Counted from the first letter of the stretch, positions 31,039 through 42,078 are shown. The stretch: DNA of 64,000 nt from Pyrodictiaceae archaeon (GCA_027036135.1 JALVSY010000030.1:224001-288000); one strand, 5' to 3'. A program made the numbers and translations. The notes: a model not told the origin generated them from the letters alone.

Positions 31039-31619
31039 TCTATCCCCCTTGCTGTAATCCGAAACAAAGCTTCATAGCTTAGAGGGTGCTCTACTACCAG
31101 TCTCCTAGCTCCCTGTTCCTTTGCCTGCTCTATCCTAGCGATGCTGTGTGCCCAGAAATATATAGCGTTCTCCATAAGCGGGCGGGGCCTCTTAGTCTCA
31201 GGGTCGATATGTGTATCACTTATCAGGATAACAGGGATACCAAGAGAATCGCTAAGAGATCTTAGGGCAGCAATTGCGAAGAGTGTAGCATTAAAGGCTA
31301 TCCCTCCTTCGCGGGCAAAGGCTGTAATGGGGTCAACGACTATTAGATCTAGTTCATAATAATTGGTTTTCAACAATACATCAACGAGATCAAGGTAATC
31401 AATTATTTCTCGAAGCTTAACGCCTGCTAGCCTAATCCCTATGTTTTTCATTCTCTCAATGATAGGTGTAAGTGTTGTCCCTACATATAAGCAGGAGGAC
31501 AAACAATAATGTCTTACAAACTCAAGAGCAATATTCGTCTTACCAGTACCCGGCTCGCCATAAATAGCTAGAATCGTTGGCCACTTTATTGCATCCAGGA
31601 ATTCCTTGCAGAGAGCCAC
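31023..31619 (-). CDS. RadB/RecA-superfamily ATPase
   Basis: IYGEPGTGKT Walker A, LIVVD Walker B, F.IT..GI C-terminus. Confidence 0.8.
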   Translation of the reverse strand: MALCKEFLDAIKWPTILAIYGEPGTGKTNIALEFVRHYCLSSCLYVGTTLTPIIERMKNIGIRLAGVKLREIIDYLDLVDVLLKTNYYELDLIVVDPITAFAREGGIAFNATLFAIAALRSLSDSLGIPVILISDTHIDPETKRPRPLMENAIYFWAHSIARIEQAKEQGARRLVVEHPLSYEALFRITARGIEWLTC

Positions 31620-31670
31620 TTATCCTCCCCTGCTATTTACTAGCTCTATTAATGGGGAACGAGACAGCCA

Positions 31671-32297
31671 ATGCCGCTAAGGGTTATCGCCTGGATTAAT
31701 GATACAGAGCTTGCTCATAAATTTCTAGAGCTAGCCAGAATACTAGGTATTAGAGCAGAGATACCCCGCCTACCTATATCTACCTGCCAAAACTCTAGCT
31801 CCCTGGTTGTCACAGACGATGCAGAGATAGCTGCAAAAATAGATGGGAAGTGCAAGGTGCTTCTCCTAAGAGCTAAGGATACACTATCAAACTTAATCAC
31901 AGTGGTCTCAGAACTTGCCGGGACTCCGTCGGAGATCGTCGTCGGGGTAGACTTGGGGAAAGAGAAACTCGCCTACGTAGTAATAGTTGCTGGAATCGTA
32001 ATAGACTATGGCATCTGTGTTAACTGTATAGAAGAATTCGCAAAGAGAATTTGCCAGCTCAAACACCACAAGGTCTTTGTCGGAATAGGGTACACTGCGA
32101 GCGTCTCAGATAACGCGCTAGGACTCTACGAGCTATTAAGAGAATGTGGTATCAACGTATCAATAGTTGATGAGAGAAGATCTAACAAATCAATACTAAT
32201 GGGGCTTCGAGGAAGCGAGGCGCTACGCAAGACCGATTTAAGAGCCGCAGCAATAGTTGCACTTCGCTCAAGATCCTGGAAAACACGTACCAGCTAG
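31671..32297 (+). CDS. RNase H-fold (YqgF-like) domain protein
   Basis: VGVDLG and VDERRS motifs; C-terminal D..AA..VA. Confidence 0.65.
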   Translation: MPLRVIAWINDTELAHKFLELARILGIRAEIPRLPISTCQNSSSLVVTDDAEIAAKIDGKCKVLLLRAKDTLSNLITVVSELAGTPSEIVVGVDLGKEKLAYVVIVAGIVIDYGICVNCIEEFAKRICQLKHHKVFVGIGYTASVSDNALGLYELLRECGINVSIVDERRSNKSILMGLRGSEALRKTDLRAAAIVALRSRSWKTRTS

Positions 32298-32325
32298 CCC
32301 CCGTTTCTCGATGAAGCAATGATAG

Positions 32326-33618
32326 GTGTCGGTGTCCTTGATATCGAGGGTTCAGCTTGAGCCCGGGCAAGTAATTAGAGTTATAGGCCCGGCGCATGTA
32401 AGGGTAATTAGTGGCCAAGTACTTGTTCTCGGGGCGGTCTTTGACGCAGGTAAGGAGTTCTTCGTGCACAGGTACAGGAGCTATGCTATTAAAGGGCTCG
32501 TTGAGTCACTTGTCGAGATAAGGCTTGAGAGTGGAGGCTCTCTAGAAAATCCTCTACCAGGAGAAGAGATGATCGATAAGTGGGTTAGCGCCATAGATTC
32601 CTTGATACAAAGGGAGTGCCGGAGAATAGTTGTGATTGGGCCAAGCGACTCCGGTAAGACGAGTATAGCAGCCCTAATAGCCAATAGAAGCTTGCTAAGA
32701 GGGTACAGGGTGGGAGTAATAGATGCTGATGTAGGGCAAGCTGATATAGGGCCGCCGAGCACTGTCTCGGCAGCAATGGTTCCACGCCAGATTCTTTGGC
32801 TGCGAGAGCTTCGCGCGCAGTACATTAGGTTTATAGGGTCTATTACACCTCAGAGAAATGAGCGAAAAATAGTAGCTGCAGTAGTTGAGCTCGCAAACAG
32901 CCTTATGCAAGCTGGCGCAGACGTCATCGTTGTTGACACTGATGGCTGGGTTCAGGGAATAAACTCGATAGAGTATAAAGCCGAGATAACCCGGTTCATA
33001 AAAGCACATAGTGTAGTCGTGGTTGGTGATCAGCAGCTCTACCAGAGCATAAAGAACATGTTCCAAGGGCTTCCATGCGGGGCGGTGTTTCTCGAGTCTC
33101 CTAAGGTGAGGCGCGAGCGAAGCAGAGAGGATAGGAGGGTGCTGCGGAAAGAAGCGTATAAGAGGTATCTAACACCACTATTTGAGCGCGTAATTAGTCT
33201 GGACAAGGTATCATTGTATGGTTCGTGCTTTTTCTCGGCTAGGCGAGTAAGAGGATATGAGTCAGAGCTCCAGAAGCTTTTACGCGTCAATGTACTAGCT
33301 GTTAGCGAGACCATTGACACGTATTACGTAGTAACTAGTGGGCAGCCCTTACCGCAGCATGTAGCCACGGCAACGGAGAAACTAGGTAAGCAAGTATACA
33401 TACTCGATGTGAATCTCGCAAAGAACGCTGTCCTATCAATAATAGGGAGTGATTACGAGGAGAAAGCCATAGGGTTGCTCAAGGAGATAGATTTTGACAA
33501 GAACACAGTAACCATAGCTACGCCATACACCGGTGAGGTGAGGGGAATAATTTTTGGAAGCATACGCTTAAGCGATGAATTCGAGGAAGTAGGTAAGCCA
33601 CTAAGGTGCGTCATATGA
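32326..33618 (+). CDS. Clp1/Grc3 family polynucleotide 5'-OH kinase
   Basis: GPSDSGKT, DADVGQADIGPP and DTDGW motifs. Confidence 0.93.
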   Translation: MSVSLISRVQLEPGQVIRVIGPAHVRVISGQVLVLGAVFDAGKEFFVHRYRSYAIKGLVESLVEIRLESGGSLENPLPGEEMIDKWVSAIDSLIQRECRRIVVIGPSDSGKTSIAALIANRSLLRGYRVGVIDADVGQADIGPPSTVSAAMVPRQILWLRELRAQYIRFIGSITPQRNERKIVAAVVELANSLMQAGADVIVVDTDGWVQGINSIEYKAEITRFIKAHSVVVVGDQQLYQSIKNMFQGLPCGAVFLESPKVRRERSREDRRVLRKEAYKRYLTPLFERVISLDKVSLYGSCFFSARRVRGYESELQKLLRVNVLAVSETIDTYYVVTSGQPLPQHVATATEKLGKQVYILDVNLAKNAVLSIIGSDYEEKAIGLLKEIDFDKNTVTIATPYTGEVRGIIFGSIRLSDEFEEVGKPLRCVI

Positions 33619-34883
33619 GTAACTGTCTTGCCGGCTCTATTCAAGAGTTCCTAGAAAGTCTCGGAGTCACTAACCTAAGCGAACAAGTAATAAGTCGAGA
33701 CGAGGTAGTGGAACTGATAAAGAACAGTAAGGAGCCAGTCGCTTTCCGTGTAGCGGGGAAGCCTTATCGCTTCATAGCAAACTTGTTCGGCTCAAGGAGG
33801 CACCTATACCATGCCCTTGGGGCAGGGAGCGACCGTGAAGCATATGAGAGCCTTATGAACTCAATTAATGAGCCAGGAAACCTTGTCTACGACGAGTTCA
33901 ATAAATACTTCGCCTTCCTCTCTTCATCTGTTATGGATCTACCGGGGCTGAGATTCTATAGACGCGATGGAGGCGAGTACATATCGTCTTCTATTTTCAT
34001 CGCTTGTCTAGACGGGGTTTGTAACGCATCAATACACCGAATAATGATAAATAGAGAAGAGGGTTACGCAGCTGCCCGAATAGTTCCTAGGCACTTGTAC
34101 ACAATGCTAAAAGAGAAGAAGGCGCTGCCAGCGGCCATAGTCATAGGCACCCATCCACTAATCCTCTTAGCCTCTGCTATGAGTCCTCCCTTTGGCTTCT
34201 TCGAGCTAAGAGCAGCAGCCTCGCTTCTTGGTGGCTGTCTAAGAGTATGCAAGACGCCTAATCTGGGTCTACCGGTTCCATGTGGAGCCTCAATGATTGT
34301 TGAGGCTATTCTTGGCCCGGAACGTAGAAGAGAGGGGCCCTTTGTAGACCTACTTCAGCTATATGACAAGGTGCGCGAAGAGCCTGTCCTACATGTAAAA
34401 TCTATATATGTGAACAAGGTCTACGACCCGCTTATCCACGCTATACTGCCTGGCGGAGTTGAGCACATGCTGCTCATGGGGTTTCCGCGTGAAGCAGCTA
34501 TATACGACTCAGTAAGGCGCTCAGTTCCACGTGTACATAAGGTTAGGTTGACGCCGGGCGGAGGTATGTGGCTTCACGCTATAGTAGCTATCGAGAAAAT
34601 GCATGACGGTGATGGGAAAACAGCTGCTTTTGCAGCACTAGCTGCACACCCAAGCCTAAAGCATGTCGTGGTAGTCGACGAGGACGTTGACCCCGATAAC
34701 CCGTATGATGTTGAGTGGGCTATAGCCACCCGTGTCCAGGCAGACAAGGACGTCATTATAGTGAGTAATGCTAGAGGCTCTACCCTTGATCCAAGCGCAG
34801 AGGAGGGCTTAACGGCGAAGATGATTATAGATGCAACAGCGCCTCTGAACAGAAAAGAGGAGTTCCGAAGACCAGTAAGCTAG
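33606..34883 (+). CDS. UbiD-family decarboxylase (probable anhydromevalonate phosphate decarboxylase)
   Basis: EGPF, VVVDEDVD..NP.DVEWAIATR; adjacent to AcnX subunits. Confidence 0.88.
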   Translation: MRHMSNCLAGSIQEFLESLGVTNLSEQVISRDEVVELIKNSKEPVAFRVAGKPYRFIANLFGSRRHLYHALGAGSDREAYESLMNSINEPGNLVYDEFNKYFAFLSSSVMDLPGLRFYRRDGGEYISSSIFIACLDGVCNASIHRIMINREEGYAAARIVPRHLYTMLKEKKALPAAIVIGTHPLILLASAMSPPFGFFELRAAASLLGGCLRVCKTPNLGLPVPCGASMIVEAILGPERRREGPFVDLLQLYDKVREEPVLHVKSIYVNKVYDPLIHAILPGGVEHMLLMGFPREAAIYDSVRRSVPRVHKVRLTPGGGMWLHAIVAIEKMHDGDGKTAAFAALAAHPSLKHVVVVDEDVDPDNPYDVEWAIATRVQADKDVIIVSNARGSTLDPSAEEGLTAKMIIDATAPLNRKEEFRRPVS

Positions 34884-34895
34884 AAGGGACAGGCA

Positions 34896-36089
34896 ATGTA
34901 CCTAAGCAAGGAGGAGGAGAGAATACTAAACGGCGAGGAGGGCGAGGCACGACGACTTGCAATGAAGCTTGTCGTGAGAGTGGGCGAGGCCCTTGGAGCT
35001 GAGCGCTTAGTCAAGATAAGCCATGCACATGCAAGCGGGATCTCATACGATAACATAGGCGATGCTGGCTTAGAATTCCTTGAAACAATGGCTAGGAATG
35101 GGGGCAAGGCCAAGGTATTTGCAACGTTCAACCCCGTAGGAATGTGTATGGAGCTTGAGCCTCCCCTGAAGCTACGAGAAGAACCGGACTTTGTTAGAAA
35201 ACAGCTAAGGATTGTCAAGCTGCTCGAATTAATGGGGTTTATCCGTAGCATAACCTGTATACCGTATCGGATACGTAGTCCCCGGCTAGGCGAGCACTTA
35301 GCATGGGGCGAGTCAAGTGCAGTAGCAGTCGCCAATACCTTGTACGGGGCCCGCACTAATCGCGAGGGCGGTCCCTTAGCGCTAGCAGCCGCTCTTGTCG
35401 GGCGAACATATTACTGGGGCTTACACTTGGACGAGAATAGGCATCCAACAATAAAACTGGTTGTTCGCAACGCCAAGGTATCGGATGAGCTCCGAGCAGG
35501 CCTCATAGGCTATTACATGGGGCTCGAACTAAGCGATCACATACCACTAGTAGAGGCGAAGCTCGCTAAGGAGCGTCACGTTATATCGATGTGTGCTGCG
35601 GCAGCTGCGAGCGGCAACATAGCTATGTGCCTAGTAAAGGACTTCTCACCAGAATACAGAGAGCCGGTCAATGGCCTCGAGAGAGTAGAGATAGATGAGA
35701 AAGAGCTAGTAACTCTCCGAGAAAGTATTGAGACAGCTAGCCTTGACGAAGCCGAGCTATTCTTCACCGGGTGCCCACACCACGATGCCAGCTTCGTGAC
35801 CAAGGTGGCTGATTACATTGTGAGCAAGAACATAGGGAGGCTTAAGAAAGAGATGTGGATAGCTATACCCGGGTACCAAGCAAGCAAGGTAAGAGACATC
35901 GCAAGGAAGCTCCGCGAGAAAAACATATACATACTCCCAGGCACATGTATAGTAGTATCAAGGCTACGTGGAAGAGCAAAAGCCATTGCAACAGACTCTC
36001 TGAAAACAGCGTTCTATATGCCTCGCAGGCACGGAATAAGGGTCGCTCTAAGCACTGCGTGGCAATACATAGACAAGTTCTCCGAGTAA
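34896..36089 (+). CDS. aconitase X large subunit (phosphomevalonate dehydratase)
   Basis: TCIPY, AWGESSA, GARTNREG, GCPH and TC motifs. Confidence 0.92.
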   Translation: MYLSKEEERILNGEEGEARRLAMKLVVRVGEALGAERLVKISHAHASGISYDNIGDAGLEFLETMARNGGKAKVFATFNPVGMCMELEPPLKLREEPDFVRKQLRIVKLLELMGFIRSITCIPYRIRSPRLGEHLAWGESSAVAVANTLYGARTNREGGPLALAAALVGRTYYWGLHLDENRHPTIKLVVRNAKVSDELRAGLIGYYMGLELSDHIPLVEAKLAKERHVISMCAAAAASGNIAMCLVKDFSPEYREPVNGLERVEIDEKELVTLRESIETASLDEAELFFTGCPHHDASFVTKVADYIVSKNIGRLKKEMWIAIPGYQASKVRDIARKLREKNIYILPGTCIVVSRLRGRAKAIATDSLKTAFYMPRRHGIRVALSTAWQYIDKFSE

Positions 36090-36113
36090 GAAAAACCCGG
36101 GGTACTCGGTGTA

Positions 36114-36503
36114 TTGAGGCTCGTACTTAGTCTGCGCGGGTACGTGGAGGGCGAGGCTGAAGGAGAGCTTGTGGTAGTGAATCAGCGCATATCATTTTAC
36201 GGCGAGGTGCGCGATGGCAAACTGGTTGATGGAAGAAGTATTGTTGGCAAGATACTAGTAGCGCTAGGCACACGGGGAAGCACAGTAGCTCCCTACATAC
36301 TATATGGGCTCAGTAAGCGAGGCCTAGCACCAAGAGCCATAATAGTGAGCAGCATAGAGCCAATGCTCGTAGCAGGATGCGTACTATCATCTATCCCACT
36401 TGCCGGAGGATTACCGCCCGAGACAATAAGGCAGATACACGATGGGTGCCAAGGAAAACTAATCGTCAAACCCCCTAGGGCAGAAGCCATAATTGAGTGC
36501 TAG
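36114..36503 (+). CDS. aconitase X small (swivel) subunit
   Basis: ISFYG.V, RGSTV, AP.AI. Confidence 0.9.
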   Translation: MRLVLSLRGYVEGEAEGELVVVNQRISFYGEVRDGKLVDGRSIVGKILVALGTRGSTVAPYILYGLSKRGLAPRAIIVSSIEPMLVAGCVLSSIPLAGGLPPETIRQIHDGCQGKLIVKPPRAEAIIEC

Positions 36504-36889
36504 TCCTTCTTCTCCTCCTCCCTCGTCTTCCCGGAGTCCTGCATTATCGACAAGATGCGCTCAGTCCTCTCCAGCACATCAAGCCACCGAACTAGCTCAT
36601 CAAGCCCTTGGCCACGCCTCTCCAGCGCCTTCGCTATCTCCTCGGCAGCCACCTTCTCTATGTTCTCCAGTACACCTTGAACAGTTATCCTAGTAGCCTC
36701 GCTCTCCGTCTTAACAATATAGACTCTCCCATGAACAGGGCAAACAACCTCTCCACTCTTCAGCCTAAACAATGGAAGCCCACAAATAGGGCACCTCTCG
36801 GAAAGCATCGCAGCCCCTGCACGCAGCAAATCAGCCATCTTCTTAACAACATCCTGGCCCTCAGGCCTCCTACGCTCACTCAGCGACAT
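36500..36889 (-). CDS. Sjogren/scleroderma autoantigen 1 family Zn-ribbon protein (UPF0148)
   Basis: MADLLRAGAAML.E.CP.CG.PLF......CP.H. Confidence 0.9.
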   Translation of the reverse strand: MSLSERRRPEGQDVVKKMADLLRAGAAMLSERCPICGLPLFRLKSGEVVCPVHGRVYIVKTESEATRITVQGVLENIEKVAAEEIAKALERRGQGLDELVRWLDVLERTERILSIMQDSGKTREEEKKD

Positions 36890-37016
36890 AGAGCCACCAG
36901 CACCCCCAACACATTACCAGCAATAGAAGCGGTACGTATAAACTAGCTCCCCTATAAGAAGAGGATGCACGGCGGGAAAAAGGGCCCCCTGCCGCACTAG
37001 CCCCAAAGCACCCGGG

Positions 37017-37298
37017 GTGAGCACAATGGCTGCCCCTATCTACGATAACCAGGCTAAGATAAGGCAAGCCATAGTAATGCTTATGAGGATAATAAACGAT
37101 ACAGCCGTTCCAAGGAACATAAGAAGAGCAGCAACAGAGGCAATAAAACAACTACGCGATGAAAGCGTAAGCCCAGCCGTGAGAGCAGCTAATGCAATAA
37201 GCATCCTCGATGAGATTAGCCAAGACCCCAATATGCCTATCTACGCCAGAACAATAATATGGAACGTAATCACGCTACTTGAAACAGTAAAAGACTAG
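37017..37298 (+). CDS. UPF0147 family protein
   Basis: [11 protein letters not shown]...[16 protein letters not shown]. Confidence 0.93.
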   Translation: MSTMAAPIYDNQAKIRQAIVMLMRIINDTAVPRNIRRAATEAIKQLRDESVSPAVRAANAISILDEISQDPNMPIYARTIIWNVITLLETVKD

Positions 37299-37372
37299 GC
37301 CTCATAGACCCGCTTCTCCAGCACTAAAATGGTTTTATTTTGCACAGACCAGTAAGAAAACATAGCCCATTC

Positions 37373-37576
37373 TTACACGACTATCTCTATTACTTGTGCC
37401 CGCGGATCATATCTTGGCTCACTACGTATCTCGGGGAGCTTTATCCCCTCTTTCTGTAAAAGCGTCTCTATAGCTGCTCTAATAACCTCGCTCCTCGACA
37501 ATCCCTTCATCTTCGCATATCTATCGAGAACCCTTAATAATTCCTCGTCAAGCTTAAAGGTAACTATGCGCTGCAT
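37373..37576 (-). CDS. CopG/RHH DNA-binding protein
   Basis: [12 protein letters not shown]......[10 protein letters not shown]. Confidence 0.9.
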   Translation of the reverse strand: MQRIVTFKLDEELLRVLDRYAKMKGLSRSEVIRAAIETLLQKEGIKLPEIRSEPRYDPRAQVIEIVV

Positions 37577-37706
37577 ACGCGTCCTCCCTATCTTATAGTG
37601 TTACTACTATCTTTCAGTGTATAGAAGGAAGTATGGATCCGAGTTACATAGGGAGGGGGAGCTAAGCGTAACTAATGCCGTGGAGAAGATTGATAATCTG
37701 GTTTAT

Positions 37707-37794
37707 TGGTGCGGGGGGTGGGATTTGAACCCACGCAGGCCTACGCCAGCGGGTCCTGAGCCCGCCCCCTTCGACCTGGCTCGGGCACCCCCGC
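37707..37794 (-). tRNA. tRNA-Leu(CAG)
   Basis: GCGGGGG...GGGCTCAGGACCCG, long variable arm, GGTTCAAATCC...ACCA. Confidence 0.96.
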
Positions 37795-37915
37795 GCCCAG
37801 GTGATAGGCTGTCTTCGCCTCGTTCAATGGGTTTCCGGGGCATCCGTGTGTGGAGCAGTACTTGGTCTAGGGTTTTTCTAGCTGACTCCCAGGGACGGAG
37901 CCTGTGAAGAGGGTG

Positions 37916-39331
37916 CTACTTGGCTGCCTTCTGTGCCTCTTCTAGGGCTTTCTCGTATAGAGCGGCGGTGATTATCCCTTCTTTGAACACCTTGTCTAGC
38001 TCTTCCTTGTCGATTATTCTCGTCTCGCCGCTCGTTGTCTTTACAACGTCTATTTCGAGATCGTGGTATATTACTCCGTCCTCGAAGAGCTCGGGGGGCG
38101 TGTTTATGTTTATGTATATGCCTTTAAGCTCGCCGCTGGCAGAGTAATATGTGTGCTTTATGCTCCATTCGCGCGTGTTTATCTCGGTGACTATTCTGTC
38201 TCCGGGCTCCTTCTCGGCGCCAAGGCCATCATATACTCCTCTGTGCTTCACTGTTCTCTCAAGTATTAGTATGACTGCGTCGCGGTCTCTGTAGATGTTT
38301 TTGAGCCTTGCCGTGCCTAGCTCTATTACCTCGCCGCTGGGCTTTACGTGGAGAATCCTTACATGGTGCTTCTGCTTATAGGTCTCTAGCACTAGGTCTA
38401 GGAAGGCCTCTACTAGCTGGGCCTCATCTATTCTTCTCTGCTTTAGTTTCTCAGCATAATCGACTACGCTTGAGAATGATTGCAGCATGCTCTTAGTAGA
38501 GTGGTGAAACTTTATCGTTGGAACTACTTCGTCTCTCACCTTGTCAAGGTACTCTTTATCAACGCTGCTAAGCCTTACAACAGCTACTATCTCGCCAGTA
38601 CTGTACTTTTTACCGGGCTTCCCCTCCTCTGCCCGCTTCCTAACCTCGGCAAGGGCCTTGACCAAATCCTCCAAATGAGTTCTAAGAGTATCTTGGTCCG
38701 CGTGCTGGCTACTACTCCTCCAGTGAACACTAAGCCCCTTAGAAGTAGCTAGCGAGGCTAATGCGGCTAGCTTGGCTCTCTTAGCAGTACTCCTTACGTG
38801 CTCACTAATAGTTACACGCGGCTTACCGTCCTGCTCGTAGACTATGGCGTAGTCGCCTATCACCCTCGCGCCGGGCACTAGCCTCGGCTCCTCAAACGGC
38901 TTTACACCAGGCCATACCACGGAGGCAACTACGTGTCTCCCCTCTGTGCACTCGTCGCTCAGCAGCTCGGCCTCAATGCCCCCGACCTCTGCTATGCATT
39001 TATCGCCTCTCCTCCCCTTGACGACTGCCTTTACTGTGCTGTGAAGCGGGAGCCTAGATATCCAGTAAAAGGAGTACCTTAGGTGCCTCTGGAGAGCAGA
39101 GAGAACACGGTCAGCCTTCCCCCCATAGCCAACGACAACTAGTTCGCTGGGCTCCCGGTCACTCGTCTTAACAGTCACGTCGGCTGGTAAGCGTAGCTCG
39201 GGTAAATGGAACCGGTCAGCGATTATCCTAGAGGGCTGAACTACCTGGAACCCCTCGTCAAGAATTATCTTCGTGAGCGCGGTGGCGTAGATCCCCCTAA
39301 TCCGTACCCTTATTATCGCCGAGGCGGGCAC
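37916..39331 (-). CDS. fau-1: RNA-binding/ribonuclease FAU-1 (DUF402)
   Basis: VRIRGIYATALTK; YININTPPE...DLEIDVV. Confidence 0.93.
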   Translation of the reverse strand: MPASAIIRVRIRGIYATALTKIILDEGFQVVQPSRIIADRFHLPELRLPADVTVKTSDREPSELVVVGYGGKADRVLSALQRHLRYSFYWISRLPLHSTVKAVVKGRRGDKCIAEVGGIEAELLSDECTEGRHVVASVVWPGVKPFEEPRLVPGARVIGDYAIVYEQDGKPRVTISEHVRSTAKRAKLAALASLATSKGLSVHWRSSSQHADQDTLRTHLEDLVKALAEVRKRAEEGKPGKKYSTGEIVAVVRLSSVDKEYLDKVRDEVVPTIKFHHSTKSMLQSFSSVVDYAEKLKQRRIDEAQLVEAFLDLVLETYKQKHHVRILHVKPSGEVIELGTARLKNIYRDRDAVILILERTVKHRGVYDGLGAEKEPGDRIVTEINTREWSIKHTYYSASGELKGIYININTPPELFEDGVIYHDLEIDVVKTTSGETRIIDKEELDKVFKEGIITAALYEKALEEAQKAAK

Positions 39332-39509
39332 GGGCTAGCGCCTCCCTGTCCCGGCAAGGATATGGCCCTGGTCTGAATTATTAGGGTTCGTTGATTAGCT
39401 AAGTGCATGGATAAAGGAATAGCACTCCGCCTCTAGGATGCATTATTAATAGACAACGGGAGGGCTGTGAAAAAGAGGACTATGGAGTAGCGGGCTTAGC
39501 TCTCCGGGG

Positions 39510-40106
39510 TTACTGTTTTGTCCGTGCTAGCTCGGCGCCCCGGTGTAGGGCGGCGATGTTTGGTTTTGCTGCCTTGCCGAGCACGTTCTGGATGGCTTTC
39601 TCGGCTGCCTCTAGGTCTATGTAGTCTTTGAGAGCACCTGCCTCTATAGCTGCTCCTAGTAGGATCATGTTTGCTACACGGACGTCTCCGCGTTCGAGGG
39701 CTTCCTGCGTAGCTGGCACTATTACTAGCTTAGATGCCCTGGTCTTGACCATGGATACCAATTCGCTCGGCTCCGGTATCTTTACGCCGGGTAGCGGCGG
39801 AGGTACCAGGTAGTCGTTCACGACTGCTATGGAGCCCTCTGCTAGGTAGTAGGAGTACCTCGCGGCCTCGATTAGCTCCATCGAGAGCAGTGCGTCAGCG
39901 GCTCCAGGCGGTATTAGGGGAGCGTCGGCGTTGCCTAGCCTAACGTGCACTATTACTGTGCCTCCTCTCTGGCTCAGGCCATGGGTCTCAGCAACTATCG
40001 CGTTAACGCCGTTAAGGAGAGCTGCCTCTGCTATTACGCGTGCAAGGGTTATTTGGCCCTGACCACCAATACCCGTGACTACTATGTTGAGCACGTCCCC
40101 CGCCAT
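39510..40106 (-). CDS. iorB: indolepyruvate:ferredoxin oxidoreductase beta subunit
   Basis: GIGGQG, ETHGLSQRGG. Confidence 0.95.
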   Translation of the reverse strand: MAGDVLNIVVTGIGGQGQITLARVIAEAALLNGVNAIVAETHGLSQRGGTVIVHVRLGNADAPLIPPGAADALLSMELIEAARYSYYLAEGSIAVVNDYLVPPPLPGVKIPEPSELVSMVKTRASKLVIVPATQEALERGDVRVANMILLGAAIEAGALKDYIDLEAAEKAIQNVLGKAAKPNIAALHRGAELARTKQ

Positions 40107-40122
40107 GCTGGGTCACCTCCCC

Positions 40123-42078
40123 TTATTCGGGCTTAGCTGTCCTCATTATCTTGAACCACTCAGGGTTGGGCTCGGCTACTGGCTCGAAGGCGTTGAATGG
40201 GCAGATCTGGGCACATACCCCGCACCCTGTACACAACGCTGGGTCTATCTCGGCCTTCTTGTCGCTCCTGCGATGTATTGCTGGGCAGTTGAACACTGTG
40301 TAGCATATGCCGCACCCGGTGCACTTATCCAGGTTAACCTTGTAAGCGACGGGCTTTACTCCCATGCGGTAAGCTGTTCTCAGCGCGACTAGTATACAGG
40401 CACCCTTAGCTACTAGGACAGCGGGCTTCTTGTTCTCCTTCACGTACCTCAGTGCCTCTAGGAGCTTCGCCTCGGAGTCCTTAACATCAAATGGATCAGC
40501 TACTAGGATCTTCTCTACACCGACTTCCCGGGCAACACTCTCTATGCTCATAGCTCGTCCGGGCTCCCCTGTTGCCCTGATACCAGTCCCGGGGTGTGGC
40601 TGGTGCCCTGTCATCGCGGTGGTGTGGTTATCTAGGACTATTACTAGGAGTGGTGCGTTGTTGTATACAGCGTTTAGTAGCGGTGTTATGCCGCTGTGGA
40701 AGAATGTTGAGTCACCTATTATCGCTATAGCTATGTCGTTGTCCCCGCGGAGTACGTGCGCGAACCCGTTCCCAGCGCCTATGCTACCGCCCATCTCTAT
40801 TATAGTGTCTTGGACGTGGAACGGGGGCAGTACTCCTAGGCTATAGCAGCCTATATCACCGCTATACACGGGTTTTAGCCGTAGCTTGTTCACGGCGCGC
40901 CTCAGCGCGTAGAAGAAGCCACGATACGGGCACCCTGGGCACAGTACCGGGGGTCTTGGGGGAAGTTTTTCATCGAGGCTCTCTGGGGGCTCTAGGGCCC
41001 ATTTCGGCGCCTCCTTCCCAGTTACCTTGGCGAGGGCCTTTACTACCTTGTCTAGTCCTAGCTCGCCGTATCGCGGAAGAAGCGGCTCGCCGCGCTTACC
41101 AAGTATCCTTGTCTTTGCCCCCGCTTCCTGGGCCATGGCCTTTAGCTGTGTTTCTGCGACGGGGTCACCCTCCTCGACTACTAGCACGGTGTCGTGGCTC
41201 AGTATCTTCTCGGCCAGCGGTCTCGGGAACGGTACGCTCGTCGCGACCTTGTAGAGCGTAACCATGTCCTCCGCTCCCAGTACGCGTACAGCCTCCCTAG
41301 CGTAGCGGTGGCCGAGCCCAACCCCTACTACTGCTACGTCGCCGCTACCCTCGATGCTGTTGAGGGGGAAGCTGGCCAGCTCTTCGGCTATCTTGTCCCA
41401 GTAATCGAGTAGCTCTAGTCTCTTCCTCCGAGCATACTGGGGCACAAGCGTCCAACGCGCAGGATCCTTGTGGAACTCTCCCCGGGGCTCCAGCTTATCC
41501 AGCGGTATCTCCCCGGTATCCACTGGGACCCTTGTGTGCGCTATCCTAGTGGTAGTCCTCAGTATGAATGGGCGCTTGTACTTCTCGCTATACGTGAGCG
41601 CAAGCCTAGCAGCCTCCTTAGCGTCCTGGGGCCCCGTGGGCTCTATCACCGCCACGTAGGCGTGGAGACCATACCACCTATTGTCTTGCTCGTTCTGGCT
41701 ACTCCACATCCAGGGATCATCAGCACTCACCACTACCAGTGCCCCGTCGACGCCCAGGTACGCGCTGCTAAAGAACGGGTCAGCGGCGACGTTGAGCCCC
41801 ACGTGCTTCATAGCAGCTATTGCACGGGCCCCGGCTATGGCGGCGCCGAGGGCAGCCTCGAGAGCCACCTTCTCGTTGACACTCCACTCGACGTAGGGCT
41901 TGCCGCCGAGCACCCGGGAGGCAGTTGAGAGCGCCTCAACTATCTCGGTGCTAGGCGTACCAGGGTAAGCGGCAGCGAACTGTAGCCCAGCCTCGAGGAA
42001 GCCACGGGCAATCGCAACGTTGCCCAGCATTATTACTCTCTTACCTGGAGGCGAGAGAACCTCGCGATGATGAGCCAA
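40123..42078 (-). CDS. iorA: indolepyruvate:ferredoxin oxidoreductase alpha subunit
   Basis: YPGTPSTE, SQNEQD, RPP.LCPGCP, GDST motifs; C-terminal 2x[4Fe-4S]. Confidence 0.97.
   Translation of the reverse strand: MAHHREVLSPPGKRVIMLGNVAIARGFLEAGLQFAAAYPGTPSTEIVEALSTASRVLGGKPYVEWSVNEKVALEAALGAAIAGARAIAAMKHVGLNVAADPFFSSAYLGVDGALVVVSADDPWMWSSQNEQDNRWYGLHAYVAVIEPTGPQDAKEAARLALTYSEKYKRPFILRTTTRIAHTRVPVDTGEIPLDKLEPRGEFHKDPARWTLVPQYARRKRLELLDYWDKIAEELASFPLNSIEGSGDVAVVGVGLGHRYAREAVRVLGAEDMVTLYKVATSVPFPRPLAEKILSHDTVLVVEEGDPVAETQLKAMAQEAGAKTRILGKRGEPLLPRYGELGLDKVVKALAKVTGKEAPKWALEPPESLDEKLPPRPPVLCPGCPYRGFFYALRRAVNKLRLKPVYSGDIGCYSLGVLPPFHVQDTIIEMGGSIGAGNGFAHVLRGDNDIAIAIIGDSTFFHSGITPLLNAVYNNAPLLVIVLDNHTTAMTGHQPHPGTGIRATGEPGRAMSIESVAREVGVEKILVADPFDVKDSEAKLLEALRYVKENKKPAVLVAKGACILVALRTAYRMGVKPVAYKVNLDKCTGCGICYTVFNCPAIHRRSDKKAEIDPALCTGCGVCAQICPFNAFEPVAEPNPEWFKIMRTAKPE

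Noticed and set aside
33606-36503. UbiD + AcnX operon as a novel pathway
   Set aside because: Matches the established archaeal modified mevalonate pathway
37617-37907. 96-aa ORF (also 12445-12642 and 45881-46183)
   Set aside because: Read-through of tRNA or tRNA-fragment sequence
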